64,000 nt of DNA, from assembly GCA_964016885.1 (NCBI GenBank), contig OZ024746.1, positions 66,774,001 to 66,838,000 of the forward strand. Reading direction: 5' to 3'. Source of the DNA: Eledone cirrhosa (taxonomy: Eukaryota). The notes beneath the pieces were generated by a model, which searched no databases, was not told where the DNA came from, and saw only the letters and a program-made list of their open reading frames with translations. Of this stretch, positions 58,361-64,000 are shown piece after piece. Numbering within the stretch: position 1 is the first letter of the stretch; every line of letters begins with the position of its first letter. The position numbers were made by a program, and so were the translations under genes.

Positions 58361-58766
58361 TTCTCCCTCTCACTTTCACTGACCCTCTCTCCTCTAGCCA
58401 CCTCATTGTTTCACTCGTCTGCCCCTCTAGCAGTCCTTTTCTCACTCACACTCGCTAGGGGCAGGCGTGTCTTTTTGCTCGTCCGTACAATCTAGAACTT
58501 ATGTTCAGTATTCGCCGTGGACTTGAATTTTCTTTCTTCGAGTTACTCACACACTCTTCGATTTGTTGTTTCCCTTTCTTTCTTTTTTTTCGCTTTTTTT
58601 GACTGTTTTTCTCTTTTCTCTTTTCTTCCCTTTTCCCTTCTGTTATCCTATATTTTCCTTACCTCTCTCCTTCGTTTTAACAATAACTTACATAGTTAGT
58701 TTTAAGCATGCCTTATCTAGCAACTACACAGCCACTTCTCTTCTTTTCACACACACACACACACAC

Positions 58767-58825
<59 letters not shown>

Positions 58826-58979
58826 TAAGGATACTATTTATGGTTATGTATATAATAAAACCTTTTATAGTTATATATATTTTAAACTCTAAATAGTGAA
58901 AGACAGTAATTCATTACTATCTTATTACCAGTAAGATAAATAGCTCAATGTAATAACATCAGGTTATTTTACAGAGCAG

Positions 58980-59157
58980 TTATATAGAAATTACATGAAT
59001 CAAAGTTCAGTTTGGATTCTTCGGAGCAACTATTAATGATTTTTTACATAGCTTTTTTAAATAGTTGCCCCGAAGAATCCAAACCGCGGTTTGGAGGAAA
59101 CGATTGTAAGCAAATAAATGATTTAAACTGAACTTTGATTCATGTAATTTCTATATA
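58980..59157 (+). mobile_element. Short fold-back insertion carrying an HHR
   Basis: Outer arms TATATAGAAATTACATGAATCAAAGTTCAGTTT / AAACTGAACTTTGATTCATGTAATTTCTATATA; the left arm has most of the HHR deleted. Confidence 0.82.
59065..59113 (+). ncRNA. Type I hammerhead ribozyme, U4C variant
   Basis: TTGCC-CCGAAGA-ATCCAAAC-CGCG-GTTTGGAG-GAAA-CGATTG-TA-AGCAA then AATAAA; the left arm shows TTGCT, which would complete stem I. Confidence 0.78.
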
Positions 59158-59311
59158 TGTATGTATATATATACAAATAAAATATATGAGTTCTTGTGAA
59201 TTTGATTTTGTGATGAACATACGAAACTCCAGAGTAACAAGACTCAATATTTAGACCTAATAAAATGAATATGAAATCTTTACTTCTCTATTAAGTACTC
59301 GTTTTGCTCAA

Positions 59312-59347
<36 letters not shown>

Positions 59348-59504
59348 CAGAAGGGATATTGAATTTGTTGGTAATTCAACAAATATAAATGTTTATAACA
59401 GATTCAGAGCACTCGACAGTTTTCTGGAGTATAATATCCAAGGAAAACTTCAACCGGTAAGTTATGCTCCTTGGCTATGTCAACATTTATAAAACAGACT
59501 TTGC

Positions 59505-59564
59505 ATTTTATCCGATGAAAGCGTACCAAAGTCTTTGGTACCCTTGAAATATATATAATAAAAT
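59505..59564 (+). ncRNA. Type I hammerhead ribozyme (U4C), homolog of 52385-52449, in a ~265-bp insert (59345-59610)
   Basis: ATTTTAT-CCGATGA-AAGCGTACCAAAG-T-CTTTGGTACCCTT-GAAA-TATATA-TA-ATAAAAT; flanks similar to 52350-52481. Confidence 0.82.
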
Positions 59565-59604
59565 AAATATGGTTTTATAAATATAGATTCCATTTATTTA
59601 ATAT

Positions 59605-59698
<94 letters not shown>

Positions 59699-60028
59699 AT
59701 ATATATTCTAGCTAGATAGTACAACATAATTTGAGCGTTTCTACTAATATTTATGTAATTTATTTATTTTATAATTGTGGATGCGTATATATGATCTAAG
59801 AACTTGTTACTCTAATACTTGTATTTTTAACTATTCGATATCACCAATGGTGTTTATATATAGCGCACGCTAGATGAAACGTGATACAAAATTTATTGCT
59901 TTGTAAACAAGAAATCCACTGAAATAAAAGAAAATAACGCAGACAATTTTCTAGACGCTATCTTCAAAATACTGTTGTATATTTCTTCTATTATTTCAAT
60001 GTTCATTTTTCTATTATTTCAATGTTCA

Positions 60029-60213
60029 GGGCGGGAGATTGGCAGTATCGGTAGAGAGTCGGACACCATGCTTTGAAGCATAGTTACGTCCCTTTATGAT
60101 CTGAGTTCAAATCCCGCCGAGGTTAACTTTGCCTTTCATCCTTACGGGGTCGAAAAAATAAAGTACCAGTAATGTACTGGGTAATTGCTGGCCTTGTGCC
60201 TAAAATAGAAACA
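60029..60213 (+). mobile_element. Full-length SINE with 16-bp TSD
   Basis: ATTATTTCAATGTTCA at 60013-60028 and 60214-60229. Confidence 0.92.
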
Positions 60214-62495
60214 ATTATTTCAATGTTCATTTAAATGAATTGGTATTCTTAGTAGCTTTTTACCTTTGCCCCTTTATCATAGACACCACTAATCAATGTG
60301 TCCTTAATATCTCATGTTTTGATGGTATTTTCTATCTACTGGTTGGTTATGATGATTGTTAATCCACAGTAAGTAAGGTGAGCTGGACTAAGGTATCCTC
60401 AGAATATAGACCTGTCCCGACATTTTACAACGAATGATCTCATTTGCTGTTTCAAAATTTCAATCGTTTTCGAATGAGGTTGGACCTTAATGTATTCTTA
60501 AGTGATTCTAGATTAAAGCATTTAATTTGACGTTTTAAACATATGTGAGGATTCTTCGCTAAATAAATATGGTTTGAAAAGAAATTTGTACGTTCTCACT
60601 TCAGATATTCACCTCTGATAAAAATGACGATATGTTGTTCATTTAAATCACCATCGGTTTTGTTGCTTCCACTAGGGACTTTTCTTCACACTACTATTTT
60701 TGTCCTTGTACTTGCAGTATAGACACATTCCAGCCCCACTTTATCAATTATCTAGCCCATACGTTTTAAGGCCCATTTTCAAACAATATTCTGCATCCAG
60801 AACTCGTATGGTTTGCAAATGTATAAGCTCCAATATCTCGTCAATTATTTTCATTTCGGCCCTCGATTCAGCTCGTTGCCAAAATAAAGGCGCAAAAGTT
60901 ATATTAGGTCACAGCATAACATTTGTTGCTTTTTCTACAATTCTTTGCTTGGAAACGGTCATCCAATTGGGAAAGCTGGAGTCAGTATACTATTCTAATG
61001 TATCTAATTTAGTCTCTATATGTCCGTTCTGGTTTTCGGCTGAGTGGAAAATTTAACGATTTCATATATATGAATTGAACTCTGTTGCGCTGTACATATT
61101 GCTAAATATTTTATTTTATGTAGTTACAGATTGTATAGAAGTCAAATCTATCTTAGGCAACATTTGTAGACATTCACATACACATGAAGTATTCCAGCTT
61201 CATGTGCAAGTAATCAACGTATTATGTCTAACTGGCTATTTGTTGTGAAGGTAATATTGTCTAAGTTAGGACTTCTATAGTTCATGATATATCTAATGGA
61301 ATGTGTGTAATACATTGTTATCTTATATATCCTGTAGACAAATTAGGCCAGGTTGCATATATATGTGCGTGTCCTTGCCTATATGTGTATTGGACTGTGT
61401 ATGTGTTTCTGTTCATAATTTGTATGCGTTCCATTAAGCAGTTGGTTGCACATGTTTTGCTAGGTTTTGTCATGGTAAGGAGAAAAATATTCGACTCACT
61501 GCAGCATATATTTGCTTTAGCTGTGCGAGTCAAGTAAGAACGAATGTGAACATTTTAATAAACTTATGCAATCATATATCTTGTATATTTTTAATACACC
61601 GCATATAGTAAAACAGAGGTAATAAGAACTTCGTTAACTATATTTCACAGAGACAATATATACTCGCACGCATAGCACATTACGCAGACATACATATATG
61701 TATATCAATAATTTAGTATTTACATTCACTTGTATTTCATTACAGTAAATATGTACTTGTAAGTAGATTGTATGAGAGTGTTTAAACCTTCGATGTTGAC
61801 ACATAGAAAAAAAGGAAAATAAAGAAACCTCATTTAAGAAGAGTATAATCTATTTGTAGGGTAGGTAGCAGCAACATATAAAGCCTTTATAATCCCAGCA
61901 TTTTGATCTTTACGAAATAATGTATTCGTTCCTTCTGCACGCTTCACTTAGATTTCTATACAACGAAACTTAGAACACGTTATATAAGATATTACTCCGA
62001 AAAATCCTGCCTGATATATTGGAAATTCTCATGTATTAAATACGGTATTTTGCTAAGTGAATGTATATTATTGATGCAACCTTTAAAGATTTACTAAACA
62101 TTTCTAACTCGGAAAATGTTAAATAAATGTCATAGTATTTTATCGGCACATGTGTAATGAAGAGAAAGAAAGATTATATTTCTTCGTATATGTTGATTAA
62201 CAGTGCTTTGAAGAGAAAATCTTCTCTTTTTACAAACTTAAGCACTGGCGATATATGTAAAGTTCAAAGAATATCTCGAAGAACCGTAATTATTGTATAT
62301 TAACTGTTACGGCTCCATTCTACATTTATTTTTTAATGAAACGTGGAGGAAGAAAAGGAAGAAAGCAAGAGGAAATATATTGGGATACTTAATTTCATGA
62401 CATTCTTATGGGTTCAAATAATTCTAGATTCAATATTCCCTTCCTTTCAATATAAAAATACCCCCATATACAAAATATGTATTATTGCGTAACAC

Positions 62496-62565
<70 letters not shown>

Positions 62566-62704
62566 GGTTAATATCCCCACAGGTACTAAGTACCCCTGGA
62601 TATATATAGGGTGTCTATGATACAGTGGTTGTTCCATGGTATTAATTTGACATACCAGAACTATAAAATTGAAATAAGCGGAGCAAGTAAGATTCAAGCA
62701 ATGT

Positions 62705-62950
62705 TTTAAAATAAATTAAAAAATATAATTAAATATTTACTTATTCCATTTGCTTTTACCGACGGTTTTACCTTACAAAATATAGGAGATCCTAGGGACC
62801 TCCAATGGAAATGTTCGGATCATTAAAGAGCATTTTCCTTACCTAGGAAAAAGTCCCAGGAACGGCAAATATATATTGCCACCTGTCAGCTAGCACAGGA
62901 TCGTCGGTAAAAGCAAATGGAATAGGTAAATATTTAAATTATATTTTTTA
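62705..62950 (-). mobile_element. Diverged relative of the 457-bp array family with a decayed HHR and an inverted tail
   Basis: TTACCGACGGTTT and TCCAATGGAAA shared with 1704-1784; core decayed to TTAATGA/AAAA; inverted copy from ~62899. Confidence 0.65.
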
Positions 62951-62984
62951 ATATATATATATATATTAGAGGTATATATTGAGT

Positions 62985-63260
62985 TAGGAACTAAAACTAG
63001 TCTCTTACAATAAAATAGCTCTAGGAAAGATATTTCCGAGCCGTATATTATAATTGAATATAAAAGAAAAGCGAACACAGATATATACATATATGTGTTC
63101 AAATTGCAAGGGACCAGATTCGCTAGGTGAAAAAAATACTAACTGTAGACAATAGTCTATAGTTAGTATTCTTTTCACCTTAGCGAATCTGGTCCCTTGC
63201 AATTTGAACACATATATGTATATATCTTTGTTTATCTGTGTTAGTTTTTCTTTTATATTC

Positions 63261-63270
<10 letters not shown>
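62985..63270. mobile_element. Fold-back insertion (~100-bp arms, centre ~63152) between TA tracts
   Basis: Direct inspection; related to 35700-36032. Confidence 0.82.
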
Positions 63271-63300
<30 letters not shown>

Positions 63301-63324
63301 CCTGTTTGTCCCGATTCTCATATA

Positions 63325-63872
63325 TATCTTTTTCGCCCTATCTCTACTGCTCTGAGCCGATGTTACATTAAAGCCAGAGTCCTGGTGTTTCTCCAGTGCA
63401 AGGCGCATACAATAGTCCACCACAATGATAAAAAGGTAGAGAGCCAATGTATCTCCCTGGAGCACACCAGCCAGTATCTCAAAGAAGTCCGTCATCCCAT
63501 CAGGTGTAAAGACATTGGTGTAATGACTTTGGTGTTGGTGTAGAGCAGTGATATCAGGTCCACTCTCTTCTTGGGGATTCCATAAGCCTGTAAGATCTTC
63601 ATCAGACAGTAATGGTCCAGAGAATCAAAGGCCTTTCTAAAGTCAATGAAAACCATGACCGCTGGAAGGCACTTTGCTCTAGCTCCCTCTAATATCCTCC
63701 TCAGCATCAGGATGTGACTGGTGGTTGATCTTCCCTCTCTGAAGCCGTTCTGGTTGTCCCTGAGCTTCTTCTCTATCTCGGGCTGGATCCCGTCAAGAAT
63801 CATCCTGTTGAAGGTCTCGGCCACAAGTGACGTCAGTGAGATCCCCCTGTAGCTGTTGGAGTTAGAGAGATC
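63325..63872 (-). pseudogene. RTE-clade LINE reverse transcriptase, N-terminal RT motifs (inverted 5' segment)
   Basis: SYRGISLTS, QNGFREGRST, FIDFRKAFDS, AYGIP, GVLQGDTLA.YLF; frameshift near 63500. Confidence 0.9.
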
Positions 63873-63880
63873 TCTAGAGA

Positions 63881-64000
63881 GATGCTGATTTTGCCGATGA
63901 CATAGTTTTGGTGACAAATACAGTGAAGGAGGCAGAGGATTTGATGCAGGAAGTTGAGACTATGTCGATGAGTGTGAGGCTGAGAATGAATGAGAGTAAG
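63881..64000 (+). pseudogene. Continuation of the same RTE RT on the opposite strand (FADD motif), running off the window
   Basis: DADFADDIVLVTNTVKEAEDLMQEVETMSMSVRLRMNESK. Confidence 0.88.

Noticed and set aside
60300-60800. Possible CR1/L2 endonuclease remnant (minus SGAGMCLY)
   Set aside because: Single weak motif only

Overview
AT-rich, microsatellite-saturated animal DNA. I see no credible host protein-coding exon; almost all of the ORF track is microsatellite read-through. The recurring ~185-bp tRNA-like SINE resembles those I recall from octopus genomes, so the organism assignment is inference. The window is dominated by Penelope-like elements (PLEs) and their non-coding derivatives, nearly all embedded in (TA)n tracts. 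One near-intact 5'-truncated PLE (RT with YLDD plus GIY-YIG, 32279-34215) has ~1.2-kb inverted arms. A second PLE type appears at 47973-52481 (inverted arms around a GIY-YIG C-terminus) and as a decayed copy at ~42960-43460. The main hidden signal is about 10 apparently distinct families of type I hammerhead ribozymes (HHRs), read by eye. They include canonical CUGANGA/GAAA cores, U3-A8 (UUGAUAA) and U4C (CCGANGA) variants, and a possible UUGAAAA/GCAA variant. They occur in near-identical tandem arrays with one HHR per monomer (457 bp x2.6 and 593 bp x4.4, both ending in an inverted tail), in a monomer with a terminal direct repeat (436 bp), and in short fold-back insertions. This looks like a community of retrozyme-like, possibly circular-RNA, elements mobilised by PLE RT into TA repeats. 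Also present: decayed R4/Dong-like and RTE LINEs, an RTE with a 5' inversion at the right edge, a pogo/Tigger-like MITE and many SINEs. All structure calls are by eye and need folding, covariance-model and biochemical confirmation.
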